Shown: positions 7,439 to 15,743 of the stretch, one piece after another
How the letters are laid out: each line of letters opens with the position of its first letter
How positions within the stretch are numbered: position 1 is the first letter of the stretch
Source: a bacterium
GTDB lineage: Bacteria > Hydrothermota > Tepidihabitantia > Tepidihabitantales > Tepidihabitantaceae
Assembly (NCBI GenBank): GCA_046485285.1
Contig: JAWOHE010000094.1
Location: forward strand, 1-19,420
DNA: 19,420 nucleotides
Reading direction: 5' to 3'
Program-made: the position numbers and the translations under genes
The notes under the pieces: model-generated
Told to the model about the DNA's origin: nothing
Databases searched by the model: none
The model's input: the letters and a program-made list of their open reading frames with translations, nothing else

Positions 7439-8804
7439 GATGCTCCAGTAACGTCTTGACTATCAACTCCATACCGACCGAGTGAGAGCCTTTGACGAGG
7501 ATTGTATCTCCCGGTCTTACCATGTCAACCGCGCCCGCCGCGGCCGACACGCTGTCCGGGTACAGCCGGACCCGCCCCGCGGCCAGTCCCTGCCGAATCG
7601 CCACCGCCAGCGCGTGCTGAGACAGTCGGCCCACGAACGAGACCCGATCCAGGCAGTTCACCGCACGGACGCCCAGTCGGGTATGGGCTTCCATTGCGAT
7701 ACTACCCAACTCGAGCATATCGCCCAGAAAAGCGACACGCTTCCCTTCAGGCGCATTGCGGCAGAGCAGGTCGATTGCCGCAGTCATCGACTGGGGATTG
7801 GCGTTGTAGCTGTCGTCAATCAGGGTCACATTGTTGCCGAGCCGGCGCACGCGAAGCCGACCCGGCGCGGTCTCGAAGAGCCCGAGCACGGCCGGCATCG
7901 CCGCGAACGGCAGTCCGAGCTCGGCCGCAGCCGCGCAGGCGGCGAGGGCGTTGGCGACGTTGTGCCGGCCCGGCACCGCCAGCCGCACGGCGAGCCTGTC
8001 GTTGAGCCGAAAGCTCGTCCCGGCGAGACCGTGCGCGACGATGTCGGTCGCGGTCACGTCGGCCGGTCTCTCGAGCCCGAAAGTCACCTGCCGGCACCGG
8101 GCGTACTTCCGGCCGATCGCCACGACCAACGGGTCATCGGCGTTGAGAACCGCGACACCGTCGGCCGGCAGCTCCTCGAGCAGCTCCGCCTTCTCCCGGG
8201 CGACGCCATCCCGGTCGCCCATCATCTCGAGGTGCGAGTCGCCGACGTTGGTGACGACCCCGACCGACGGGCGGCAGACCTGCGCGAGCCTGCGGGTGCC
8301 GCCGTTCTCGTTCATCTCAACCTCGAACACGCCGACCTCGCTCGACTCGTCGAGCCGAAACACGGTCAGCGGCACGCCGATGTCGTTGTTGTAGTTGGCC
8401 TCGGCTTCGACCGTCCGCCAGCGCCCGGCCGCGAGGGAAGCCAGCATCGACCGGACGGTCGTCTTGCCGTTGCTCCCGGTCACCGCGACCACCCGGCAGG
8501 ACAGCCGGGCGCGGAGCGTCGCCGCGAGGTCACCAAGCGCCCGGCGCGTGTCCGCGACGACCACCGCGCCGCCCTTGCGGGGCAGGAACCGCCGGTCCGA
8601 AACGACCACCGCTCCGGCCCCGGCCGCGACTGCGTCATCAACGAAGTGGTGGCCGTCGAAGCGCTCGCCCCTGATGGCGACGAAAAGCTCGCCGGGGCGA
8701 ACCCGGCGCGTGTCGATCGTCACCCCTGGGTAGCCCTTGGCCGGGCCGCCGACCGGCTCGCCGCCGGTTGCGCTCAGGAGTTCGTCGAGCTCAAACTTCA
8801 TCAT
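7410..8804 (-). CDS. murF: UDP-N-acetylmuramoyl-tripeptide--D-alanyl-D-alanine ligase
   Basis: IDTR..PGELFVAIRGERFDGHHF, TGSNGKTT P-loop, NNDIGVPLT, DDSYNANPQSM, LGDMLELG, LVKGS. ATGA overlap with queA. Confidence 0.95.
   Translation of the reverse strand: MMKFELDELLSATGGEPVGGPAKGYPGVTIDTRRVRPGELFVAIRGERFDGHHFVDDAVAAGAGAVVVSDRRFLPRKGGAVVVADTRRALGDLAATLRARLSCRVVAVTGSNGKTTVRSMLASLAAGRWRTVEAEANYNNDIGVPLTVFRLDESSEVGVFEVEMNENGGTRRLAQVCRPSVGVVTNVGDSHLEMMGDRDGVAREKAELLEELPADGVAVLNADDPLVVAIGRKYARCRQVTFGLERPADVTATDIVAHGLAGTSFRLNDRLAVRLAVPGRHNVANALAACAAAAELGLPFAAMPAVLGLFETAPGRLRVRRLGNNVTLIDDSYNANPQSMTAAIDLLCRNAPEGKRVAFLGDMLELGSIAMEAHTRLGVRAVNCLDRVSFVGRLSQHALAVAIRQGLAAGRVRLYPDSVSAAAGAVDMVRPGDTILVKGSHSVGMELIVKTLLEHHGEEPNQVH
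7501..7528 (-). promoter_or_regulatory. Internal sigma70 promoter TTGACA-N16-TACAAT inside murF, upstream of the carboxyltransferase gene
   Basis: Minus strand reads TTGACA TGGTAAGACCGGGAGA TACAAT (11/12 consensus), ending 62 nt before the ATG at 7438. Confidence 0.75.
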
Positions 8805-9823
8805 TCGATGAACATCGCGTCGCCGAAGCTGTAGAACCGGTACCGCTGTTCAATCGCGTGCCGGTAGGCCGCGAGCACCGCCTCCCGGCCGGCGAACGCC
8901 GCGACCAGCATCAGGAGCGTCGACTTAGGCAGGTGGAAGTTGGTCAAGAGCGCCCCGGTGATCCGCCATTCATAGCCCGGGTGAATGTAGAGCGACGTGT
9001 CACCCCGGCCCGGCTCGACCCTCCAGCCCGTCCCAGACCGGTGCGCGCGGCTTTCGACGACCCGCACCGACGTCGTGCCGATGCAGACAAGCCGCCGGCC
9101 GTCCTCGAGTGCCCGGTTGATAGTCGCGGCCGCGGCCTCGCCGAGCTCAAACTCCTCCGGGTGCATCCGGTGCTCCTCGACCAGCGCGGTCTTGACCGGC
9201 CGGAAAGTCCCGAGCCCGGCGTGCAGGGTGACCGTCGCCCGTTCTACCCCCGTGGCCTCGAGTCCGGCGAGGAAGCCCGACGTGAAATGCAGTCCGGCGG
9301 TCGGTGCCGCCACCGCGCCGTCCCGGCTGGCATAGACGGTCTGGTACCGACCGGGCTCGCGACACCGCCGGCGAATGTACGGCGGCAGGGCGAGCTCGCC
9401 CTCGCGCGCGAGGAGACCGGGGACGTCCTCGGTGTCGAACGCGACGACCCGGACCCCGTCCGCCAGCCGCTCCCTGACCTCGGCGGAACAGCCGTCGAGG
9501 CGAATCACCGTGCCGGGCCGCGCCTTTCGCGCCGGTCGCGAGAGCGCCTCCCAGCACCCGTCGGCCCGGTGCCGGAGCAACAGCAGTTCGACCCGCCCGC
9601 CGGTCGGCAACTCGCCGAAGACCCGGGCCGGGATCACCCGGGTGTCGTTCATCACCATCACGTCGCCGGGGATCAGGTGGTCACGGATGTCCGGGAACCG
9701 GCAGTCGCGCAGCCGGCCGGTCGCGCGCTCCATCACCAGGAGCCGAGACCCGTCCCGCTCCGCCGCCGGCTCCTGGGCAATCAGCCCGGGCGGCAGGTCG
9801 TAGTCGAAGTCGGCGACGAGCAT
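8801..9823 (-). CDS. queA: S-adenosylmethionine:tRNA ribosyltransferase-isomerase
   Basis: DFDYDLP..LIAQEP, NDTRVIPAR, LPPYI, YQTVYA, GAVAAPTAGLHF, TNFHLPKSTL, YRFYSFGDAMFI. Confidence 0.97.
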   Translation of the reverse strand: MLVADFDYDLPPGLIAQEPAAERDGSRLLVMERATGRLRDCRFPDIRDHLIPGDVMVMNDTRVIPARVFGELPTGGRVELLLLRHRADGCWEALSRPARKARPGTVIRLDGCSAEVRERLADGVRVVAFDTEDVPGLLAREGELALPPYIRRRCREPGRYQTVYASRDGAVAAPTAGLHFTSGFLAGLEATGVERATVTLHAGLGTFRPVKTALVEEHRMHPEEFELGEAAAATINRALEDGRRLVCIGTTSVRVVESRAHRSGTGWRVEPGRGDTSLYIHPGYEWRITGALLTNFHLPKSTLLMLVAAFAGREAVLAAYRHAIEQRYRFYSFGDAMFIE

Positions 9824-9832
9824 CAGGCCGGC

Positions 9833-10720
9833 TCAGTCGAGTTCGTGCCCGGCCAGCCTCCGGTAGGCCTCGCGGTAGCGCCGCGCCGTGCCTTCGACTA
9901 TCTCCGCCGGCAGACGCGGCCCGGGCGGGGTCTTATCCCAGTCGAGCCCCTCGAGGTAGTCGCGCACGAACTGCTTGTCGAAGCTGGGCGGCGAAATCCC
10001 GGGCTGATACTCGGCCACGTCCCAGAACCGCGAGGAATCCGGGGTCAGCGCTTCATCAATCAGCATCACCCGGCCCGCGCGGAGCCCGAACTCGAACTTG
10101 GTGTCGGCAATGATTATCCCGCGCTCGAGCGCGTACGCCGCCGCCTCACGGTACAGCCGGAGCGAGTGCTCCTCGACTTCCTCCGCGGTCTCCTCGCCGA
10201 CCAACTCGACCATCCGCGCCCGGGTGATGTTCTCGTCGTGGCCGCCGACCGCCTTCGTCGAGGGCGTGAAGACCGGCTCGGGTAGCCGGTCCGCGAGCCT
10301 TAGCCCGGCCGGCAGCTCGATACCCGACACCCGGCCGGTCGACCGGTACTCCTTCCAGCCGCTGCCGACCAGGTACCCGCGGACAATGCACTCCACCGGC
10401 AGCGGCTCGGCCCGGCGCACGAGCGATGCCCGGCCCCGCAGGAGATCCGCGAACGGCGCCAGCGACGCCGGGAACTCCTCCACCTCGGTCGTGACAAGGT
10501 GGTTCGGCACCGCGTCGGCGAAACGCTCGAACCAGAACCGCGCGAGCTGGGTCAGCACCCGCCCTTTGTCCGGGATGCCGTCGGGCAGGACGACGTCGAA
10601 CGCGCTCAGCCGGTCGGAACAGACAATCAGGAGGTCGTCGCCGACCTCGAAGATCTCGCGCACCTTCCCCCGGGCCAGCCTGGTGATGCCCGGGAGCTTG
10701 ACATTCACGATTGGCTTCAT
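9833..10720 (-). CDS. purC: Phosphoribosylaminoimidazole-succinocarboxamide (SAICAR) synthase
   Basis: [70 protein letters not shown]. Confidence 0.97.
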   Translation of the reverse strand: MKPIVNVKLPGITRLARGKVREIFEVGDDLLIVCSDRLSAFDVVLPDGIPDKGRVLTQLARFWFERFADAVPNHLVTTEVEEFPASLAPFADLLRGRASLVRRAEPLPVECIVRGYLVGSGWKEYRSTGRVSGIELPAGLRLADRLPEPVFTPSTKAVGGHDENITRARMVELVGEETAEEVEEHSLRLYREAAAYALERGIIIADTKFEFGLRAGRVMLIDEALTPDSSRFWDVAEYQPGISPPSFDKQFVRDYLEGLDWDKTPPGPRLPAEIVEGTARRYREAYRRLAGHELD

Positions 10721-10753
10721 AGTCCCTCTGCCGTTCTCGCTCTTCTCGGACCG

Positions 10754-11221
10754 CTACTTCCGCGCCAGCCGCAGCCGGTACCGCGCCAGCGCCGAGGCCA
10801 GCTTCCCGTCCGACAGCGCCAGGATTGCCACCGCCAGCAGTGCCGCGTTCGCCGCGCCGGTGGCGCCGATTGCGACCGTCGCGACCGGCACCCCGCGCGG
10901 CATCTGAGCCGTTGAAAGGAGCGCGTCGAGCCCGCCCAGCCCGGCGTCCAGCGGCACGCCGATGACCGGCAGGGTCGTCCGGGCCGCGACCGCCCCGGCC
11001 AGGTGCGCGGCCTTGCCCGCGCCGGCGATGAAGACCCTGATGCCGCGGCCCGGAGCGGCCTGGACATAGTGTCGTACCCGGTCCGGCGTCCGGTGCGCGG
11101 ACATCACCTTGAGTTCGCAGGCGACCCCGAACTCCCCGAGCACCTTCACCGCCTCCGACATCACCTCGCGGTCGCTCTCACTGCCGATCAGGATGGCAAC
11201 GGACGGCCTGGCGTGTTTCAT
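10754..11221 (-). CDS. purE: N5-carboxyaminoimidazole ribonucleotide mutase / AIR carboxylase
   Basis: [51 protein letters not shown]. Confidence 0.97.
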   Translation of the reverse strand: MKHARPSVAILIGSESDREVMSEAVKVLGEFGVACELKVMSAHRTPDRVRHYVQAAPGRGIRVFIAGAGKAAHLAGAVAARTTLPVIGVPLDAGLGGLDALLSTAQMPRGVPVATVAIGATGAANAALLAVAILALSDGKLASALARYRLRLARK

Positions 11222-11226
11222 TCCCT

Positions 11227-11255
11227 ATCATAGCCGCACGCGCCCGGCCTGTAAA
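11227..11255 (-). promoter_or_regulatory. sigma70 promoter for the purE run, TTTACA-N17-TATGAT
   Basis: -35 at 11255-11250 and -10 at 11232-11227. Only 5 nt (AGGGA) separate the -10 from the purE ATG. Confidence 0.7.
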
Positions 11256-11271
11256 GGCGCGCCGCCCCGCC

Positions 11272-11299
11272 TTGACTCGGCCCGGCCGCCGGCTATCCT
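11272..11299 (+). promoter_or_regulatory. sigma70 promoter for tRNA-Gln, TTGACT-N16-TATCCT
   Basis: Hexamers at 11272-11277 and 11294-11299, 11 nt upstream of the tRNA. Confidence 0.7.
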
Positions 11300-11310
11300 T
11301 GTCGCCCTAC

Positions 11311-11382
11311 TGGGGAATCGTCTAACTGGCAGGACAGCTGACTCTGGATCAGCCAGTCGGGGTTCGAATCCCTGTTCCCCAG
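11311..11382 (+). tRNA. tRNA-Gln, anticodon CTG (CCA not encoded)
   Basis: Acceptor stem TGGGGAA/TTCCCCA, anticodon arm GCTGA-CTCTGGA-TCAGC, T arm CGGGG-TTCGAAT-CCCTG, discriminator G. The U1-A72 pair is typical of tRNA-Gln. Confidence 0.97.
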
Positions 11383-11400
11383 CTCGTGCGGGCCGGCGGA

Positions 11401-11428
11401 TTGACCCGCCGGCCCGCGGTTCTATACT
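11401..11428 (+). promoter_or_regulatory. sigma70 promoter TTGACC-N16-TATACT for the beta-propeller gene
   Basis: Hexamers at 11401-11406 and 11423-11428, with an AAAGGA RBS before the ATG at 11469. Confidence 0.7.
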
Positions 11429-11468
11429 CAGGCTCGATGCCCCGCCCGACCAGACAAAGGAATCCCCG

Positions 11469-14021
11469 ATGAAACCAGCCACCCTGCTCCTCACTGTCGC
11501 GCTTGCCGTCTCGCCGGCGGCAACCTCGCCGACCGGCGAGCCCGAAGTAGTCGTCCGGGTCGCCGAGCCCGGCCAGACCCTCGCCGACATCGTGACCCGT
11601 TTCGCGTACGTCAAGACCGACGTCGACCCGGGCGTCGAACCTGAGGGCGACTACCTCGACCGGGTAGTCTTCACGCGCGATGGCGCGAAGGCGATCGTCT
11701 CGAACCGGATGACCGGCAACATCACCGTCTTCGACTGGGCGACGATGACGGCCGAGACCACCGTCGCGGTCGGCAGCTACCCGGCCGGGATGGCGGTCAC
11801 CGACGAACTGCTGATCATCGCCCGGTCCTTCGCCGACTCGGTCACCATTGTCAGGCTCGCCGACTGGTCGGTCGTCGCGCGCCTGCCCTCGGGCAGCCAG
11901 CCCTGGGTCGTCCGCACCAGCCCGGACGGTTCGCGAGCCTACGTCGCCTGCGACATTTCCAACACCTGCGAGGTCTACGACCTCGCCGGGCTCTCGCGGG
12001 TCGCGACGCTCGCCGACTTTCCCTGCTACCTCGTCACCGTCAGTTGGAACAGTGAGAACGGCCGCTTCAGCGCCGACTTCAGCGGCTTCGAGGTCACCCC
12101 GGACGGCGGCCATCTCGTCGTTCCGGACACCGGCAACCTCATCTACTGGGTCGACGCGGCCACCGGCGCGAAGGTCGACACTGTCGCCGGCGTCGGCCAC
12201 TGCTGGTTCCTGCGCTACTCGGGCGACAGCACCCGGCTCGTCACCGCCCGCTACTCGACCCCCTGCGTCGCCCTCCAGCTCGACGTCGCCGGCCGCGCGC
12301 TGACCGACTCGGTCGTCATCACCGGCTACTCGCTCTCGACCCTCGACGTGGCGGTCAACGCCGACGGCTCGAAAGCCTACCTCGGCACCGGCAACAACAC
12401 CAGCACGCTCGTCGACTTCACGACCGGCAGCTTCACGACCTTCTCCCAGACCTACACCGCCTTCTGGCTCGGGACCTCACCCGACCACTCGCTCGCCATC
12501 TCCGGCCAGTACCGCTTCTCGGTCATCGACTTCGCCACCGGCACGATGCGCGGACAGCACCAGGGCAACTCCCAGTCGGTAGGCGCGGTCTCGCCGGTCG
12601 GCACCCGGGTCGCCAGCTTCGACGCCCACCGCCACGAAGGCATCTACTTCTACGACTACTCAAGTCCAACCCCGGTCTACCGCGGCACGACCGTCTCCGG
12701 CCGCGACCCGGAGGGCGATGCGCCCCACCGCGTCGCGGTCAGCCCGGACGGCGGACGGGTCATCGCGACCAACGTCCTCTCCGACAACCTATCGATCATC
12801 GACCCGGAGTCGGCCGAGGTCGCCGCGATCCTGCCGCTCGGCGACCGTCCTCAGGACATCGCCTTCACCTCCGACTCGCGCTGGGCGGTCGCCGCCGGCC
12901 TCAACGGCAACACCATCGCGGTCATCGACCTCGCCGACAACTCACTGACCACGCTCGCGGTCTCCGGCGGCCCGGCGACCGTCGTCATCACCCCGAATGA
13001 CTCATTCGCCTGCGTCGGCAACATCAGCGCCAACACCGTCTCGATCATCCGCCTCGACGGCGCCGCGAGCGAGGTCATCGCCAACGTCCCCTGCGGCGAG
13101 ATCGGCGTGGTCTGGGCCGCCAACGGCGTCTGGAGCGGGCTCGGGATGAGCCCGGACGGCCGCCACCTGCTCGTCGCGGTCTCCTTCGAAGACCTCGTCC
13201 GGGTCATCGACACCGGCGACTGGTCCGTCGTCGCCGAGCTCGCGGTCGGCGACTTCCCGCTCTGCTTCGCCTTCGACTCGACCGGCGAGTACGCCACCGT
13301 CACCAACTACCAGTCCGGCAGCTACTCGACACTCCACCTTGACGGCGCCGGCTCCTCGGTCTTCGGCACCTTCAACTCCGGGCAGTACCCGATGCGCGTC
13401 GCCTACAACCGCGCGCTCGACCAGGTCGGCATCGGCAACTACGGCGCGAAGACGGTAACCCTCGTCGACCCGCGCACCGGCACCCAGATCAGCACCATCT
13501 CCTACTCGAGCTACGGCGCGCTGACCGACGTCGCCTTCGACGCCGCCGGCCTGCCGGTCGTCCTGACCGGCTCGACCGGGTCCGCGCCCGGCCACGTCCA
13601 CCGTGGCACCGACTGCGTCGAGCTTCCCGCGGTCCCGTGCGCCTTCGACTGGAACCCGCGGGCGGAGCTCTGCGCGGTCTCCTCGCCTGGCCCGGACTGG
13701 GTCCCGCTCATCAAGTGGGAAGCCGCCGGCGGCCGCGAACTCCGCGTGCCCTCGGCCCGCCGCGAACGCGTGACCCTCGCCGTTCCCGCCGTCGCCCGGG
13801 ACCGCGCTCGCCTCGGCATCACGCTCACCGTCCCCGCCCGCGCCCGGGTCTGTGCTTTCGACGCCGCCGGCCGGCACGTCGTGACAATCCTCGACGCCCC
13901 GCTTCCGGCTGGCCCGCACTCTGTCGACTGGCACGCCGCCGGACTGCCCGCCGGCAGTTACGTCCTTCGGCTTACCGCCGGCGCCGACGCGGCAACCCGG
14001 CCGCTGACGCTCCTGCGCTGA
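11469..14021 (+). CDS. Secreted YVTN/YncE-type beta-propeller repeat protein with FlgD/T9SS-like C-terminal domain (850 aa)
   Basis: Signal peptide MKPATLLLTVALAVSPA. Repeated VGxxP...(S/T)PDG..(A)YV/N..S.(T/N)(V/L)S.ID blades. C-terminus FDAAGRHV...HSVDWHAAGLPAGSYVLRL. The ORF-track start at 11109 overlaps purE and the tRNA and is not credible. Confidence 0.9.
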   Translation: MKPATLLLTVALAVSPAATSPTGEPEVVVRVAEPGQTLADIVTRFAYVKTDVDPGVEPEGDYLDRVVFTRDGAKAIVSNRMTGNITVFDWATMTAETTVAVGSYPAGMAVTDELLIIARSFADSVTIVRLADWSVVARLPSGSQPWVVRTSPDGSRAYVACDISNTCEVYDLAGLSRVATLADFPCYLVTVSWNSENGRFSADFSGFEVTPDGGHLVVPDTGNLIYWVDAATGAKVDTVAGVGHCWFLRYSGDSTRLVTARYSTPCVALQLDVAGRALTDSVVITGYSLSTLDVAVNADGSKAYLGTGNNTSTLVDFTTGSFTTFSQTYTAFWLGTSPDHSLAISGQYRFSVIDFATGTMRGQHQGNSQSVGAVSPVGTRVASFDAHRHEGIYFYDYSSPTPVYRGTTVSGRDPEGDAPHRVAVSPDGGRVIATNVLSDNLSIIDPESAEVAAILPLGDRPQDIAFTSDSRWAVAAGLNGNTIAVIDLADNSLTTLAVSGGPATVVITPNDSFACVGNISANTVSIIRLDGAASEVIANVPCGEIGVVWAANGVWSGLGMSPDGRHLLVAVSFEDLVRVIDTGDWSVVAELAVGDFPLCFAFDSTGEYATVTNYQSGSYSTLHLDGAGSSVFGTFNSGQYPMRVAYNRALDQVGIGNYGAKTVTLVDPRTGTQISTISYSSYGALTDVAFDAAGLPVVLTGSTGSAPGHVHRGTDCVELPAVPCAFDWNPRAELCAVSSPGPDWVPLIKWEAAGGRELRVPSARRERVTLAVPAVARDRARLGITLTVPARARVCAFDAAGRHVVTILDAPLPAGPHSVDWHAAGLPAGSYVLRLTAGADAATRPLTLLR

Positions 14022-14039
14022 CCCGGTGCCGAGATCGCG

Positions 14040-14071
14040 TGCGGGGCGCCTCACGGCGCCCCGCAGTCTTT
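14040..14071 (+). terminator. Probable intrinsic terminator
   Basis: 11-bp perfect stem TGCGGGGCGCC-TCAC-GGCGCCCCGCA followed by GTCTTT, 18 nt after the stop codon. Confidence 0.65.
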
Positions 14072-14226
14072 CCGCCGCCCGCGGGTCTTGACTGCCGAGG
14101 ACCGGGACCGGCCGGGCAGATGACGGCCGGGACCGCCCCGGTCCGAACGCGCGGCGGCCAAGACGGCTGAGCGATGCCCGGGAGCACCGCCGCGACAAGG
14201 CCAGTGTGCGAGGAAAGGAGATATGC

Positions 14227-14736
14227 ATGAACCCACACTGGACCGCGGTCCTGCCGGTCGCGCTGGTCGCGCTAGTCCCGGCAACGGGCTGCGCGCCCTG
14301 GCAGCTACCGGCAACGACCGCGTCGGCTACGCCGGCCCAGCCCGAGGTCGTCCGCGAGGTTGTCCGTGAAGTCGTCTACCAGCCTCAAACGGTCTACGTC
14401 GAGCGGCCCGCGGCCGAACCCCGCATCGTCAACACCGTGACCACCGGGGAAGTCAATGTCTCGGTGGCCTCGACCGGGCCTCGCCGGGTCGTCCGGTACC
14501 ACCGGCCGTCCCCGAGACCGGTCGTCTGCATCCAACCCCGCATCGGCTTCGGCCTGCGGAGAGTGCTCAGGGTCATCGCGCCCCGTCACCCCTCCCCGCC
14601 CCGCCACGGACCGGGCAAGCCCGGCCGCGGGCCCGGACGAGAAAGGGAGCGCGGGCGCGAACGTGGCCGCGAGCACGAGCGCGAGCGCGGCGGCCGTCCC
14701 GGACAGGGGCCGCCGAGGCGTCCCCAGCGCGGCTAG
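14227..14736 (+). CDS. Small hypothetical lipoprotein with a Pro/Arg/Glu-rich disordered tail
   Basis: AAAGGAG RBS before the ATG at 14227. Hydrophobic stretch AVLPVALVALVP ends in lipobox-like ATG-C. Also VVREVVREVV and an RERERGRERGREHERE tail. Confidence 0.65.
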   Translation: MNPHWTAVLPVALVALVPATGCAPWQLPATTASATPAQPEVVREVVREVVYQPQTVYVERPAAEPRIVNTVTTGEVNVSVASTGPRRVVRYHRPSPRPVVCIQPRIGFGLRRVLRVIAPRHPSPPRHGPGKPGRGPGRERERGRERGREHERERGGRPGQGPPRRPQRG

Positions 14737-14756
14737 CGACGGTGCCTGCCTGAGAG

Positions 14757-14785
14757 GCGGCGGGGCGACCCGGTCGCCCCCCCGC
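14757..14785. terminator. Hairpin between convergent genes, possible bidirectional terminator
   Basis: GCGG-C-GGGGCGAC-CCG-GTCGCCCC-C-CCGC. No long U tract on either strand. Confidence 0.5.
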
Positions 14786-14802
14786 TGAAGAACCGCCGGC
14801 CG

Positions 14803-15096
14803 TCAGTCCAGGTCGTCGAGGTCCGAGTCGCCGCCGAAGCCGTCATCGCCGAGGCCGTCGTCCGGCAGGCCGGCATCGTCGCCGCCCCCGAAGTCATCGC
14901 CCGCGCCGAAGTCGTTGTCGAAATCGCGGTCCGACTTCGAAGTCGTGACGATGTTCACCCGCCCGAACACCTGCGTGCAGTTGGCACTGCCGCACTTCGG
15001 GCACTCCGGCTTGAGACCGGACTCCTTCTCGGCCAGGCTCGCGACCAGGTCGAACCTCCGGCCGCACTCCTCGCACTTGAACTCATATACCGGCAT
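14803..15096 (-). CDS. FmdB-family zinc-ribbon protein with an acidic Gly/Asp tail (97 aa)
   Basis: MPVYEFKCEECGRRF...CPKCGS signature, with GGAGGT RBS before the ATG at 15096. Confidence 0.9.
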   Translation of the reverse strand: MPVYEFKCEECGRRFDLVASLAEKESGLKPECPKCGSANCTQVFGRVNIVTTSKSDRDFDNDFGAGDDFGGGDDAGLPDDGLGDDGFGGDSDLDDLD

Positions 15097-15120
15097 ACGC
15101 ACCTCCGTGCATCCGATACA

Positions 15121-15149
15121 AGTCCACCACAAACCGGACCGCCTGTCAA
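15121..15149 (-). promoter_or_regulatory. Candidate promoter for the FmdB gene, TTGACA-N17-TGGACT
   Basis: Perfect -35 at 15149-15144 and weak -10 at 15126-15121 preceded by TGG. Confidence 0.45.
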
Positions 15150-15178
15150 TAGCCGCCGCACGGTCCTCCCGGTCCGGT

Positions 15179-15415
15179 GCCCTGCGCCTAGCCGGCCTCA
15201 TCCTCCTACTCGTCAACTCGGCATGCTCACGGTCTCTTCGACCGAGACGGCCCTGCCGCCGAGTGTAAAAACCAATTCCCTTCCCCGCCCTGACGCCTCT
15301 GACCCGCCCTGCCTTCATCCTGACCGGGATTCCCATCCTCAACCTCGCGTCCAGGCCTCTCCCCGCTTCATCGCTCAGCTACCACCTGTTAGACACCGCC
15401 GGCCTCGGATACTGA
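15179..15415 (+). pseudogene. Possible decayed 3' fragment of a membrane-protein gene
   Basis: One frame reads ALRLAGLILLLVNSAC...RRV*KPIPFPAL...AFILTGIPILNLASRPL..SLSYHLLDTAGLGY*, with CTC/ATC/GCC codons, an internal TAA and no start codon. Confidence 0.25.
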
Positions 15416-15576
15416 CGCCGAATCATCCGTCCGCGGGGCACGAAACCGGCCGCCTTTCCCCAGCTCAACCGATGGCACGCTCTTGCATCGCCCGCGCGAG
15501 TAAGGTTCTCCGGGACCGAGCCGCGAAACGGGGTACTGTCCGGGGGACGACCGGGTAACCGCTACCGGGGTGCTTT

Positions 15577-15743
15577 TCCAGGCGGCTATCTAGGCGCCCA
15601 TTCAGGCGCTCAGCTTTGGCACCGTCCAGACCACCGACTCGGACACTGGGCAAGCACCTCCCCAGAACGCCATCCTTGCGCCCGGCCGGAACACCGCCCG
15701 GTCGCCTTCCCGGGCCGCTCTCCGGACCCCATCCAGGGCACCA
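15577..15743 (+). repeat. Degenerate 12-bp tandem repeat array (about 14 units)
   Basis: In-phase units include TCCAGGCGGCTA, TCTAGGCGCCCA, TTCAGGCGCTCA, TCCAGACCACCG, CCCAGAACGCCA, GCCGGAACACCG, CCCGGTCGCCTT and CCCGGGCCGCTC, then TCCGGACCCCA (11 nt) and TCCAGGGCACCA. Confidence 0.55.

Noticed and set aside
8801-11382. Functional link between queA and the nearby tRNA, or a preQ1/purine riboswitch
   Set aside because: Queuosine modifies GUN-anticodon tRNAs, not tRNA-Gln. The intergenic gaps are too short for a riboswitch.
11109-11468. N-terminal extension of the propeller ORF (likewise 16843-17271 and 15097-15342)
   Set aside because: These extensions overlap other genes, the tRNA or promoters. 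Downstream ATGs have an RBS and a signal peptide or family start motif.
14088-14120. TTGACT as a promoter for the lipoprotein gene
   Set aside because: No -10 element at 16-18 nt spacing.
15397-15452. Hammerhead-like CTGACG...CGAAAC
   Set aside because: The core reads CTGACGC, not CTGANGA, and there is no correctly placed UH cleavage site or stem II.
15473-15487. sigma54-like motif TGGCACGCTCTTGCA
   Set aside because: GG and GC are 9 nt apart, whereas sigma54 needs 10. At most a decayed site.
15577-15743. CRISPR array interpretation of the periodic region
   Set aside because: No conserved 23-47 bp repeat with unique spacers, and no cas genes.
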